A stretch of 64,000 nt of DNA from an uncultured Methanosarcinales archaeon (GCA_964585935.1 CAZPFO010000001.1:20163-84162); one strand, 5' to 3'. Positions 43,251 to 52,839 are shown, counted from the first letter of the stretch. Program-made: numbers and translations. Notes: generated by a model from the sequence alone, not told the origin.

Positions 43251-44328
43251 TAGAATTGATTATAGTTTTTTTGTCTATTTCAAAGGAGAAATCATTGTGC
43301 TCTTTTTTTATCTGACCTATTCCCCTTATAATAACAAATCTTATTTTTCCTTTTCTTACTTTCTTGTCCGACTTCATAAGTTCTATTAGGCTGTCTGTTT
43401 TGATATCTTGTATCTTAGTAGGAAGACCCAGTAAATTTAAAAGTGCTTTAATCCTTTTTCCCTCATCTGACTTTAAATTTCCAGATAATTCTGCAATCTT
43501 AGACTCCACCCTTATTCCTATACTTACACAATAACCATGGGGTACCTTATAGCTATGATGTGTCTCAAGCGCATGTCCGATTGTATGACCAAAATTTACT
43601 ATTTGTCTTAGCCCTTCCTCCTTCTCGTCTTTTTCCACGACATCCCTCTTTAGCTCAACGCTTCTTTTTATTATGGAAATTAAGGTGTCCTTTTCTTTTG
43701 CCAGAATCTTTTTATGATTCTTTTCTATAAATGAAAAAAGCTTATTGTCAGACGTAATCGCAATTTTCACTATTTCTGATAATCCATTAGATAATTCTGA
43801 TTTAGGTAATTCATTTAGAAAATCCAAGTCAGCAAAAACAGCATCTGGTTGATAGGTAGCTCCTATCAAGTTTTTGCCATGTTTTGTATTTATACCAGTC
43901 TTGCCCCCAACAGAAGAATCGACCATAGCCAACAAAGTAGTTGGCACTTGTATTACAGGAATTCCCCTATTGTAGGTAGAAGCGATATAGCCTGCTAAGT
44001 CTCCTACTACTCCGCCGCCAAAAGCAACAATCACTGTATCTCTGCCATACCTTTTTTCCAGCAGCTCATCCTCAATTTTTTCTTTTACTTTTCTGGATTT
44101 ACTTTCCTCGCCTTCTCTAACAGAAATCATATGGGGATTTAGTGGCTTTAGAATATCCATAATCCTATTGCCATAAAGCTTTTTTACATTGTCTTCTGTT
44201 ATGACTACTGTTTTTTTATCAGGGTGTTTGTTTTGTATGAAGCTTAAAAGCTCAGGAAGTATAGAGCTGCCTACTAAAACCTTATATTCTTTGTCCTTGC
44301 TTTTGATTTCAACCTTTATTTGCTCCAT
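43228..44328 (-). CDS. aroB: 3-dehydroquinate synthase (bacterial AroB type)
   Basis: GGGVVGDLAGYIASTYNRGIPVIQVPTTLLAMVDSSVGGKTGIN...NFGHTIGHALE. Confidence 0.9.
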   Translation of the reverse strand: MEQIKVEIKSKDKEYKVLVGSSILPELLSFIQNKHPDKKTVVITEDNVKKLYGNRIMDILKPLNPHMISVREGEESKSRKVKEKIEDELLEKRYGRDTVIVAFGGGVVGDLAGYIASTYNRGIPVIQVPTTLLAMVDSSVGGKTGINTKHGKNLIGATYQPDAVFADLDFLNELPKSELSNGLSEIVKIAITSDNKLFSFIEKNHKKILAKEKDTLISIIKRSVELKRDVVEKDEKEEGLRQIVNFGHTIGHALETHHSYKVPHGYCVSIGIRVESKIAELSGNLKSDEGKRIKALLNLLGLPTKIQDIKTDSLIELMKSDKKVRKGKIRFVIIRGIGQIKKEHNDFSFEIDKKTIINSIDLCKND

Positions 44329-45346
44329 TTTCCACTATTCTTTTGCCAACAGCCTCGCAAATTGGCTTTAACTCTTTTAAGAGGTCTGCTAGCTGCTCCG
44401 GATACAATGACTGGTCACCGTCGCTTGATGCCTCCTCAGGATTTGGGTGCATCTCTACCAATAATCCGTCTGCTCCGACAGCAGCGCTTGCCTTGCTTAA
44501 TGAATTTACTAAATCCCTTCTTCCAGCAGCATGGCTTGGATCAACAATCACCGGAAGGTGTGTTTCTTTTTTTAGGATGGCAACAGCTGCTAAATCTAAG
44601 GTATTTCTGTAGGCAGTTTCGAATGTTCGTATGCCCCTCTCACACAATATGACATTTTTGTTGCCGTTCATTAAGATGTATTCAGCAGCCATAAGGAATT
44701 CTTTTATTGTTGCTGCCATACCTCTTTTTAATATGACTGGCTTGTTGATCTTGCCTACTTCTTTTAGTAAATCGAAGTTCTGCATGTTTCTTGCTCCCAC
44801 TCTTACTATGTCAACATACTCGGCTGCTATTGGCACGTCCCTTACATCCATGACTTCTGTCTCGACTAACAATCCTGTTTCGTCTCTTACTTTTTTTAAC
44901 AGCTTTAGACCTTCTATCCCCATCCCCTGGAAAGAGTAAGGCGATGTTCTTGGCTTAAACACTGAGGCCCTCATTACCCTGATTCCAATCTCTTTGAGCA
45001 ATTTAGCTGATTCCATTACTTGCTTCTCAGATTCAGCAGAGCATGGACCTGCAATTATAGTGAAATCGCTATTTCCAAAGGATACATCTCCTGCTTTAAC
45101 AACAGTTTGTTGGGCGTGGTGCTCTTTGCTGGCAAGCTTATAAGGCTTCATTATCCTTACTACTTTTTCCACACAGCTTACTGACTTCATGCTATTTGCG
45201 TCATCTTCTTTTACTTCTCCTAAAACATGTATTACTGTTCTTTCTACACCTTCAAATGTTGTTGGCTTAAGGCCCCTTTTCTTTATTTTATCAACTACTT
45301 CATCAATCTCTTCTTTTTTTGTTTTTGGTTTCAGTACAATTATCAT
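44309..45346 (-). CDS. 3-deoxy-7-phosphoheptulonate (DAHP) synthase, class I-beta, with an N-terminal regulatory domain
   Basis: 345 aa with an ~70-aa ferredoxin-like N-terminal domain. The KDO8PS/DAHPS barrel reads IAGPCSAES..., RVGARNMQN, ILKRG, CERGIRTFE and VDPSHA. Confidence 0.85.
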   Translation of the reverse strand: MIIVLKPKTKKEEIDEVVDKIKKRGLKPTTFEGVERTVIHVLGEVKEDDANSMKSVSCVEKVVRIMKPYKLASKEHHAQQTVVKAGDVSFGNSDFTIIAGPCSAESEKQVMESAKLLKEIGIRVMRASVFKPRTSPYSFQGMGIEGLKLLKKVRDETGLLVETEVMDVRDVPIAAEYVDIVRVGARNMQNFDLLKEVGKINKPVILKRGMAATIKEFLMAAEYILMNGNKNVILCERGIRTFETAYRNTLDLAAVAILKKETHLPVIVDPSHAAGRRDLVNSLSKASAAVGADGLLVEMHPNPEEASSDGDQSLYPEQLADLLKELKPICEAVGKRIVENGANKG

Positions 45347-45401
45347 TTTTTCCTCCTGTTTGTTTTTTTAATTGTTTATATTTTTAACTAAAACTTAAAA
45401 T

Positions 45402-45472
45402 GCGCACCCGGAATTTAGAAACCTGGCATTTTGCCAGGACCTTAAGATTTAGTTATCTAAAGCCGGGCCTAG
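45402..45472 (-). promoter_or_regulatory. structured 5' leader of the aro operon
   Basis: The minus strand reads CCCGG-C-UUUAGA-(16 nt)-UCCUGGCA-AAA-UGCCAGG-U-UCUAAA-UU-CCGGG. It lies between a TATA-like box (~45489-45497) and the AGGAGG plus ATG at 45346. Confidence 0.4.
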
Positions 45473-45815
45473 TTAAAATAAAAGAAGTATATAAACCAAT
45501 CTAACTTGGACCTTACAGATCTTACGTTAGTTATATATGACATAGCCTTAAGAAACGGTTTTCTATTTATAAAGGTTTTGGATTTTCCCAGTAGTTCCGA
45601 AAGTAAAAATCTCGGTTTTTAAGTAAGATTTTAGATAAAGTTATGTTTTCCTTGAAATTCTGGTTTCAAACTGCTGTGAACGTAAACTCCAATAATGAAC
45701 TGAAACTAAATTTTTTCAAGAAAAGAAAAAAATAAATCAAAAATCTATTTTTAGGGCTGTTCCATAAAGAATAATCCACTTTTGGGGTGTAGAAGATTCT
45801 ATACAGTAAGCTTTC

Positions 45816-46214
45816 CTAATCATACAAAACCATAGCCAAGATTCCTTTTACCTGACTGTAATTTATTATATCCTGACCTAGACTATTATCCCCTTCAACA
45901 ACAATGAAATTAGGCTGTATTGAAACAATCCTGTGGATTCTTTCCACATCAGTTGTATAATGGATTATATTGCCTTGTTTCAAATTTTGATTGGTATATT
46001 CATTAAGACACACAACATTTCCCTCAAAAAAAGAAGGATTCATGCTTGAGCCCCACATCTTTCTGCAATAAACATTATTGACACTCATTTTGCTATCATC
46101 AAAAGAATAATCAATATCTGTATGGTGGGCTTGTATGTAATTCTGTTTGAAATATGTATGATCTCCGGAACAGCCTATGAGCAAAATACAAAGTAAAAAG
46201 ATTATTTTTTTCAT
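45816..46214 (-). CDS. S26/S24-type signal-peptidase-like serine peptidase, lipoprotein
   Basis: MKKIIFLLCILLIGCSG is the signal. The GSSMNPSF catalytic Ser motif is present. The start is taken at the ATG at 46214. Confidence 0.6.
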   Translation of the reverse strand: MKKIIFLLCILLIGCSGDHTYFKQNYIQAHHTDIDYSFDDSKMSVNNVYCRKMWGSSMNPSFFEGNVVCLNEYTNQNLKQGNIIHYTTDVERIHRIVSIQPNFIVVEGDNSLGQDIINYSQVKGILAMVLYD

Positions 46215-46260
46215 CTGTACAGTACAGGTAACAATAACTAATTTATAAATCTTACTGTAC

Positions 46261-46416
46261 ATGTACGGTATGAGAAAAAATTATGTTAATGTCAGCATAC
46301 CATCGGACCTAGTATATTCGCTGGATGAAATCTGGAAGAAAAGCAAGAAAGCGTATAGAAGCAGGGCAGAGTTTGTGATAGAAGCTGTCAGAGAGAAGAT
46401 GAGTAAAGAAAAATAG
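46261..46416 (+). CDS. ribbon-helix-helix (CopG family) protein (51 aa)
   Basis: Hand-translated as MYGMRKNYVNVSIPSDLVYSLDEIWKKSKKAYRSRAEFVIEAVREKMSKEK. Below the ORF-track cutoff. Confidence 0.55.
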   Translation: MYGMRKNYVNVSIPSDLVYSLDEIWKKSKKAYRSRAEFVIEAVREKMSKEK

Positions 46417-46463
46417 CTTTTATTTACCTTGAATTTCTGAAAACTCAAAAAAATAAATAAAAT

Positions 46464-46784
46464 TTATTTCTCCTTCACATGGGGAAATCTCATAAACTTC
46501 TTGCAATTTTGGCAGAAATAAACAACCTTGCCATCGTGCATTCTTACCCTGCAGTTTACGCCGGGAACCAGATACTTGTAGCAGTGCTTGCAGAACCTTC
46601 TTTTTAGCTCAGGTTTTATTCTTACCTTGTATTTCATGGCTATTTTTCTTGCCAGATGGACGTATCTATTGGATAATTTCGGGTCTTCCTTAAACATACC
46701 TTTAGCTTGCTTAAACAGGGTTTCTATTCTTTCTCGAGCTATTTTCCTATGTTCTGTAGGCTTTTTAGAGTATTTTTTCTTCAT
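46464..46784 (-). CDS. rnp4: RNase P protein component 4 (Rpr2/RPP21)
   Basis: IARERIETLFKQA...LSNRYVHLARKIAMKYKVRI...FCKHCYKYLVPG...VVYFCQNCKKF. The start is taken at the ATG at 46784, because the upstream extension in the ORF track reads through a GC-rich element. Confidence 0.85.
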   Translation of the reverse strand: MKKKYSKKPTEHRKIARERIETLFKQAKGMFKEDPKLSNRYVHLARKIAMKYKVRIKPELKRRFCKHCYKYLVPGVNCRVRMHDGKVVYFCQNCKKFMRFPHVKEK

Positions 46785-46873
46785 ACTATTGAATATACGC
46801 AAAATATATAATAAACTTGCTGTTCTAGATGAAGTCAAGTTAGGTCTTTTATGATTATTTTTGAGATATATTC

Positions 46874-46964
46874 GGCAACAACAACCTTGGCTTCGGACGG
46901 ACTTCGTCCTACTCGGCACCCCGGATGGGGCAACCCCCGCCTAGCCCTCGCCATTGTTGTTGCC
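46874..46964. ncRNA. 91-nt GC-rich stem-closed element (candidate small structured RNA, family unknown)
   Basis: ggcaacaacaa...ttgttgttgcc forms an 11-bp closing stem. The interior has overlapping GGGG/CCCC hairpins (ccccggatggggcaacccccgcc) and ggac-ttc-gtcc. It is followed on the plus strand by tcattttt. Confidence 0.45.
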
Positions 46965-47054
46965 TCATTTTTGATTTATCTGCTTAAGTTGACTGTACTC
47001 TATTTGACCCTAATAGGGGTAAGTCTTAAATAACAAATAAAGATACCAATAAAA

Positions 47055-48314
47055 ATGTTTAAATTTATAAAAAAGTTATTTGCTAAGGAAGAAGAGAAAG
47101 TGCCGGAAAAAGAGGATATAGCATTAGACGCTCTAGGAGATTGGTTTGATTCCAAATCCAAGATGGTTTTTGATGAATTAAATGAAAATATAAAAATCAT
47201 AAAAGAAAAGATAAGTTCTGAGATAGAAAAAACAAAATCAAATCTTGAAGTTTTAAAAAATGCGAAACTGAAAAATCCGAATATACCTCCAAGGGCTAAA
47301 AATATGATGGAAGGCAACAGGGAGTCTTACTTAAAAGCGGTTTCTAATTTTGTTGATCGTATAGTAATAGTGAATGATGCAGGTGAAATATTAAATTTTT
47401 GCAATGGCTTTAATAAGGTTGTTGAAAGCCTTGGAAAAAGCACAACCAGAAGCTACCATCTTCTTAAGGAGTTTTTTGCGCATGAAGTAACAGATATAGC
47501 TATAAATATCAGGAATATTGAAAATTCAGTCAAAGAGCTGAAATCTACCATAGAAAACTCAAATATAGACAAAACTGAGGATATAAAAAAAGATATTTTG
47601 AGCATAAAAAACAAAATAACGCAGAAAAAGGATTTTGAAGGAGAATTAAAAAATAAAGAGGCAGAATTAATTAAATTAAAGAAGGAGAAAGAAACCTTGG
47701 TGGGGGATATTGAATCTGTTAAAAACTCAGAAGGTTATCTGGATTTTAATAAATTAAAAGAGGAAAAGGAGGAATTAAAAAGACAAATTAAGGAAATTGA
47801 AAACAATATTTTCCATTCTTTCTCAATATTGGAGAGGGCATTAAAAAAATATTCAAGGATAGTCCTCGAGAATCAAAAGCTGCTTGAAAGCTATCTGGAA
47901 AATCCTGTAAATTCCCTTTTGAGGGACAAGGATATGATGATAATAAAAATACTTGATGGGCTGGAAAAGAATATTGTGCAAGGCAATATAGAGTTAGACG
48001 AGAAAAAGAAAAACAAGACATTGGCAGAAATAAAAAGAGCGGATAAGCAATTTTTTATTGATATTTTAAAAGAATATTATGGATTGAATGAAAAATTGAA
48101 AACAACCCGGGATAAAATACAGAATAGCGAGGTAAAAAAGAGTCATGATGGATTGAATGAAAAATTGAATCAAGTTGAGGGCAGTTTAGAAAAAATAGAT
48201 AGTAGCAATGAAAATTTAAAAAAAGAGATAGAAAGAATAAATATAGAGCAGATTAAGGATAATTTGCAGGAAGAGATAAACAAAACAATAAAAACGGATA
48301 TTTCTATTTCTTAG
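47055..48314 (+). CDS. long coiled-coil protein, unknown function
   Basis: 419 aa, K/E/N-rich, with heptad repeats throughout. Confidence 0.6.
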   Translation: MFKFIKKLFAKEEEKVPEKEDIALDALGDWFDSKSKMVFDELNENIKIIKEKISSEIEKTKSNLEVLKNAKLKNPNIPPRAKNMMEGNRESYLKAVSNFVDRIVIVNDAGEILNFCNGFNKVVESLGKSTTRSYHLLKEFFAHEVTDIAINIRNIENSVKELKSTIENSNIDKTEDIKKDILSIKNKITQKKDFEGELKNKEAELIKLKKEKETLVGDIESVKNSEGYLDFNKLKEEKEELKRQIKEIENNIFHSFSILERALKKYSRIVLENQKLLESYLENPVNSLLRDKDMMIIKILDGLEKNIVQGNIELDEKKKNKTLAEIKRADKQFFIDILKEYYGLNEKLKTTRDKIQNSEVKKSHDGLNEKLNQVEGSLEKIDSSNENLKKEIERINIEQIKDNLQEEINKTIKTDISIS

Positions 48315-49482
48315 CAGCCTCTTCTAAAGCGACCAATGCTGGCAGTTTGCCTTCCTTTTCTATAAATTGCAAAGAAGCTCCGCCACCTGTGCTTACATGA
48401 GTCATTTTATCAGCCAGGTTGAATTTGTCAACTGCTGCTGCTGAGTCTCCGCCGCCGATAATCGTGGTTGCGTTTAATTCAGAAATGAATTTAGCAATTT
48501 CCTTTGTTCCGTTAGAAAATTTTTTAAATTCAAAAACACCTAAAGGGCCTCCCCATACTACCGTCTTTGCATCTTTTAATATCTCCTTGTAATCTTCTAT
48601 TGTTTTCTTTCCAATGTCCATTATTAACCAACCATCTGGAATTTCCTCAATTTTGACGTTTCTGCTTTTAGCATTTTCACCATATTTATCTGCAGCTACA
48701 GCATCTTCTGGCAAGATTATTTTTTTATCATCAATAAACTCCTTAGCCAATTCTAATGTTTCATCGTCAAATTTAGAACTTTTTATATCAGTTCCTCTTG
48801 CCTTATGGAAAGTATTTGCTAGAACACCGCCAATGATCATATTATCGACTTTTGGCAACAGGCTTCTTATTACTCCAATCTTATCAGCTTTTGCCCCCCC
48901 TATTATTGCTATGAATGGTTTTTTAGGTTTTAACAGTTTGCTTAATTGCTCGATTTCATTTTGAACCAGGAAACCTGCACAGCTCGGCAGGAATTTTGGA
49001 ACGCTGAAAACAGAAGCTTGTTCACGATGGCATGTTCCAAAAGCGTCATTTACAAATATTTCTGCAAAGCTTGCCAGTTTTTTTGCAAACTCCCTATCAT
49101 TCTTTTTTTCTCCTTCATGGAGCCTTAAATTTTCCAGTAAAATTATTTTATCATCGTTTATTCCTTTCTTTGTGTAATCCTTAGCAAAAGAAACATCCTG
49201 ATTAAGCAATTCTTTCAATTTATCTGCAACAGGTTGCATAGTATATTTTTTCTTGACTTCCTCCATTGGAACGCCTTTTTTTAAATCCTTATAGGGCCTT
49301 CCTAAATGGCTCATGATGATAAGTCTACAGTTTTTTTCTAAAAGATATTTTATTGTTTTCAGAGTTCTCTTTATTCTTGTATCATCAGTTACTTTTCCAT
49401 CTTTGATAGGAACATTATAATCAACTCTTACAAGGACCCTTTTATTTTCAAGATTCATATCTTCAAGTTTAAGGAAGTTCAT
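48304..49482 (-). CDS. pgk: phosphoglycerate kinase
   Basis: KRVLVRVDYNVP...IIMSHLGRP...FAIIGGAK...STGGGA. Confidence 0.9.
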   Translation of the reverse strand: MNFLKLEDMNLENKRVLVRVDYNVPIKDGKVTDDTRIKRTLKTIKYLLEKNCRLIIMSHLGRPYKDLKKGVPMEEVKKKYTMQPVADKLKELLNQDVSFAKDYTKKGINDDKIILLENLRLHEGEKKNDREFAKKLASFAEIFVNDAFGTCHREQASVFSVPKFLPSCAGFLVQNEIEQLSKLLKPKKPFIAIIGGAKADKIGVIRSLLPKVDNMIIGGVLANTFHKARGTDIKSSKFDDETLELAKEFIDDKKIILPEDAVAADKYGENAKSRNVKIEEIPDGWLIMDIGKKTIEDYKEILKDAKTVVWGGPLGVFEFKKFSNGTKEIAKFISELNATTIIGGGDSAAAVDKFNLADKMTHVSTGGGASLQFIEKEGKLPALVALEEAAKK

Positions 49483-49595
49483 TCTTTCACCTGATTATAG
49501 GTATTTTTATAATTTGTATATAAATTTTGCTCTGATTTTGATTTTAACCTTGCGAAACAGAAACTTTTTTATTTAATCAAGTAAATCGCATATAA

Positions 49596-50885
49596 ATGCT
49601 TGATATAAAGTTCATAAGGGAAAATCCTGACTTAGTAAAGGAAAATATAAAGAAGAAGTTTCAGGATGAAAAGATAAAGAAGGTAGATGAAATTCTTGAG
49701 AAGGATAAAAGGTATAGGAAGCTGTTGCAGGATTCTGAGAAATTGAGAGCGGAAAGGAATAAAGTAACTGCTGAGATCAATAATCTCAAAAAAGAAGGCA
49801 AGGACATTTCCAAGGCTGTTAAAAAAGCAAAAAAGATTCCTGGAAAGATAAAGGATATTGAGGGGGGTTTGGATAAGCTGAAGGCGGAGATTATTGATAT
49901 TCTGTATATCATCCCTAATATGATCCACAAATCAGTTCCAATTGGGAAAAGTAATAAGGAAAATGTGGTTAGAGAGATTATAGGGAAGCCCAAAAAACCT
50001 TCTTTTAAGGTTAAAAGCCATGTCGAGATTGCAGAGGAACTAGGGGTGGTTGATTTTGACACGTCTGCAAAAACCTCTGGAAACGGATTTTATTATCTTA
50101 AAGGGGAGCTGGCATTGTTAAACGCGGCTTTGGTCAGCTTTGCAAGAGATTATATGGTCAAGCAAGGTTATGAGTATGTGGAAACGCCTTTGATGATAAG
50201 AGAAAATATACTAACAGGCGTTTATTCCCATGAAGAAATAGAACAAATGTCTTACAAAATAGAAGACGAGGATTTATACCTGATAGCAACTTCAGAGCAT
50301 CCTTTGATCGGCATGTTCATCAACAAAACACTAAATGAAGAAGATCTGCCGATAAAATTGACAAGTTACTCATCATGCTTTAGGAAAGAGATTGGAAGCC
50401 ATGGCATTGATGAGAAGGGCTTGTTTAGAACTCATCAATTCAACAAGCAGGAAATGGTGGTAATCTGCAAGTCAGAAGATTCTTACAAATTTTATGATGA
50501 GATGAACAAGCATTCTAAAGCAGTTTTTAAGAAACTAGGGCTGCCAATAAGAGAATTAGAGTGCTGTTCAGGAGATTTAGCAGATTTGAAGGCAAAGTCT
50601 TCGGATTTAGAGGCATGGAGTCCAAGGAAAAAAGAATATTTTGAGATAACTTCATTAACAAATATGGAAGAAGCGCAGGCAAGAAGGCTGAATATCAAAA
50701 TAACAGATGGACAGAAAAAATATGTTGCTCATACGCTTAATAATACAGTAATTGCAACTTCAAGGGCGATGGTTGCTATTCTCGAGAATTACCAGAATAA
50801 AGATGGTTCTGTTACAGTTCCCAAGGTTCTGGTTCCTTACATGGGTGGGGTTAAGAAGATTGCGCCCAAGAGTAAAAAATATTGA
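49596..50885 (+). CDS. serS: seryl-tRNA synthetase
   Basis: MLDIKFIRENPD opens an N-terminal coiled-coil arm. The class II motifs are FRKEIGSHG...RTHQF and LNNTVIATSR. Confidence 0.9.
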   Translation: MLDIKFIRENPDLVKENIKKKFQDEKIKKVDEILEKDKRYRKLLQDSEKLRAERNKVTAEINNLKKEGKDISKAVKKAKKIPGKIKDIEGGLDKLKAEIIDILYIIPNMIHKSVPIGKSNKENVVREIIGKPKKPSFKVKSHVEIAEELGVVDFDTSAKTSGNGFYYLKGELALLNAALVSFARDYMVKQGYEYVETPLMIRENILTGVYSHEEIEQMSYKIEDEDLYLIATSEHPLIGMFINKTLNEEDLPIKLTSYSSCFRKEIGSHGIDEKGLFRTHQFNKQEMVVICKSEDSYKFYDEMNKHSKAVFKKLGLPIRELECCSGDLADLKAKSSDLEAWSPRKKEYFEITSLTNMEEAQARRLNIKITDGQKKYVAHTLNNTVIATSRAMVAILENYQNKDGSVTVPKVLVPYMGGVKKIAPKSKKY

Positions 50886-50999
50886 GTTTTGAAGTTCAGA
50901 GAATAAAAAGATCTGATAGAACATTAAAGATTGATTACACTCTTAAAAGATAGCAAAACAGAAAACTATTTATATTCAAAAATTAAGGTTTGATTTAAT

Positions 51000-51728
51000 A
51001 TGATTACTAACGGGAAAAGAGGGCGTGTATTGAATATTCTAGTTTTGGTTCTGTTTGCTGTTGTGTTAGCAGGCATCTTTTTTTCAGAGACTGGGGTGGT
51101 AGGCAATACTGTTTGGAGCGAGGGTGGTGCTAGAGAAGTCTGTTTTGAAGGAACTGAATATGGAGAGTGTTCTCCTGTTAAGCCAAAATATTGTGATGAT
51201 GGGTCTTTAAAGCCTGATTGCGGGAAGTGCGGCTGCCCTTCTGACCAGGCATGTTTGGATAATGGAAAATGCATACCTAAGTGCGGTGATGGGACATTGT
51301 ATGGGGAATGCTCAGAGGATAAGCCTTTGTATTGCAACAAGGGAAATTTACTTGAGAACTGTTTTAAATGCGGCTGTTATGATGGCGGGAAGTGTGAAGC
51401 AGACGGTACATGCTCTGGTGTAAGAACACCGAGGTGTGATGATGGCACAATATACTACCAATGCTCTAAAGAGAAGCCGAAATATTGTGATGAAGGAAGT
51501 TTGATTGATAAATGCAGCTTATGTAGGTGTCCTGAAGGTAAAGATTGTGAGAATGAAAGGTGCGTGGAAGAGAAGGAGAAGGTAATTGAAAAAAGCCCTA
51601 TTATAAAAGATCTGGGCGATACCGCAGTATGGGATGAGGGTGTTCCTGCTCCAGAAGCCCAAAAAGAGAAGAACAATTTTAAATCGTTTTTGAAGCAGAT
51701 TTGTGAATTTCTGAAATTGGATTGTTAG
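51000..51728 (+). CDS. membrane-anchored Cys-rich repeat protein
   Basis: 242 aa with an N-terminal TM. Three ~45-aa repeats of the form C.(D/E)GT.Y..CS..KP.YC..G.L...C..C.CP... give ~25 Cys in total. Confidence 0.65.
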   Translation: MITNGKRGRVLNILVLVLFAVVLAGIFFSETGVVGNTVWSEGGAREVCFEGTEYGECSPVKPKYCDDGSLKPDCGKCGCPSDQACLDNGKCIPKCGDGTLYGECSEDKPLYCNKGNLLENCFKCGCYDGGKCEADGTCSGVRTPRCDDGTIYYQCSKEKPKYCDEGSLIDKCSLCRCPEGKDCENERCVEEKEKVIEKSPIIKDLGDTAVWDEGVPAPEAQKEKNNFKSFLKQICEFLKLDC

Positions 51729-51768
51729 AATAAAAAAATATATAAATTTACCTAGGTTTTCTTCGAAT

Positions 51769-52839
51769 ATGGGGATGTTTAAGGATGTTTTAAGGGGGGA
51801 TGAAAGCCTTTTTAAGAATGAGGATGCGCTGAATTATGATTTTCTGCCTAAGCTTCTGCCTTATAGGGAAACGCAGCAGAGGTATGTTGTTAACTGCATA
51901 AAGCCCCTGCTTTCCGAGAGGGATGGAAAGAATGTCTTTATTTTCGGAGCTCCGGGTATTGGGAAAACGACTGCTATGAGGCATGTGTTAAGGGAGCTGG
52001 AAGAAGAGACAGATGATGTTATTCCTGTTTATATTAATTGCTGGCAGAAGAACACCACTTATAAGATTATTCTTGAGGTATGTGATGCTGTTGGATATAA
52101 GCTGACACATAATAAAAAGACAGATGAGTTGTTCAGGATTGCAAAAGGGATTCTGAATAAGAAGGCTGTTGTTTTTGTTTTTGATGAGGTTGACAAACTG
52201 GAAGATTTTGATTTTTTGTATATGATTCTCGAGGATATTTACAAAAAAACAGTCATACTTATAACCAACTTCAAGGAATGGGTAGATGACCTGGATGAGA
52301 GGATAAAATCAAGATTGATGTGTGACCTGCTTGAGTTTAAGCCTTACAATCTGACAGAGACAAGAGGGATTTTAAAGCAGAGAGCTGATTATGCTTTTGT
52401 TCCAGGTGTTCTGGATGATGATGCTTCTGAGTTAATTGTGAAGAAGACTGCTGAGCTGGAAGATATCAGAAGTGGGCTGCATTTGCTAAGGGAGGCAGGG
52501 AATAATGCCGAGGCTCGAAGTTCCAGAAAGATTAGTTTAGAGGATGCTTCTGAGGCTGTCAAGAAGCTGGATGAGTTTTCTATAAAGAGTTCTAATGACC
52601 TGGCAGGGGATGAGAGGAATATCCTGAGCATGATAAAAGAGAATTCTGGCAAGAAGATTGGTAATCTATATTTGGTTTACAAGAAAAAAGGAGGAAGTTT
52701 GGTGTATAAATCTTTCCAGAGGAAGATTGAAAAGCTAAGGAAAAGCAATTTTGTTTCTGTTGAAAAGAAGATGGGTGGGGAGGATGGCTCTACAACCATA
52801 GTTAATTATAAAAGTGTTAAGAAGCTGACTGAGTTTTAG
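51769..52839 (+). CDS. cdc6: Orc1/Cdc6 replication initiator
   Basis: The AAA+ Walker A is FIFGAPGIGKTT and Walker B is VFVFDEVD. A C-terminal winged helix is present. Confidence 0.9.
   Translation: MGMFKDVLRGDESLFKNEDALNYDFLPKLLPYRETQQRYVVNCIKPLLSERDGKNVFIFGAPGIGKTTAMRHVLRELEEETDDVIPVYINCWQKNTTYKIILEVCDAVGYKLTHNKKTDELFRIAKGILNKKAVVFVFDEVDKLEDFDFLYMILEDIYKKTVILITNFKEWVDDLDERIKSRLMCDLLEFKPYNLTETRGILKQRADYAFVPGVLDDDASELIVKKTAELEDIRSGLHLLREAGNNAEARSSRKISLEDASEAVKKLDEFSIKSSNDLAGDERNILSMIKENSGKKIGNLYLVYKKKGGSLVYKSFQRKIEKLRKSNFVSVEKKMGGEDGSTTIVNYKSVKKLTEF

Noticed and set aside
46785-46919. 45-aa N-terminal extension of the Rpr2 ORF (track start 46919), and the similar 31-aa extension of rpiB (30936-31028).
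   Set aside because: The extensions translate to Cys/Arg-rich junk and run into a GC-rich non-coding element or the neighbouring gene. Internal ATGs give proteins of canonical length, beginning MKKKYSKK... for Rpr2 and MKKIIIGSDHAG for RpiB.
47000-47317. 105-aa minus-strand ORF overlapping the start of the 419-aa coiled-coil gene.
   Set aside because: It is a shadow of the K/E-rich plus-strand gene, giving an F/S/I-rich translation.
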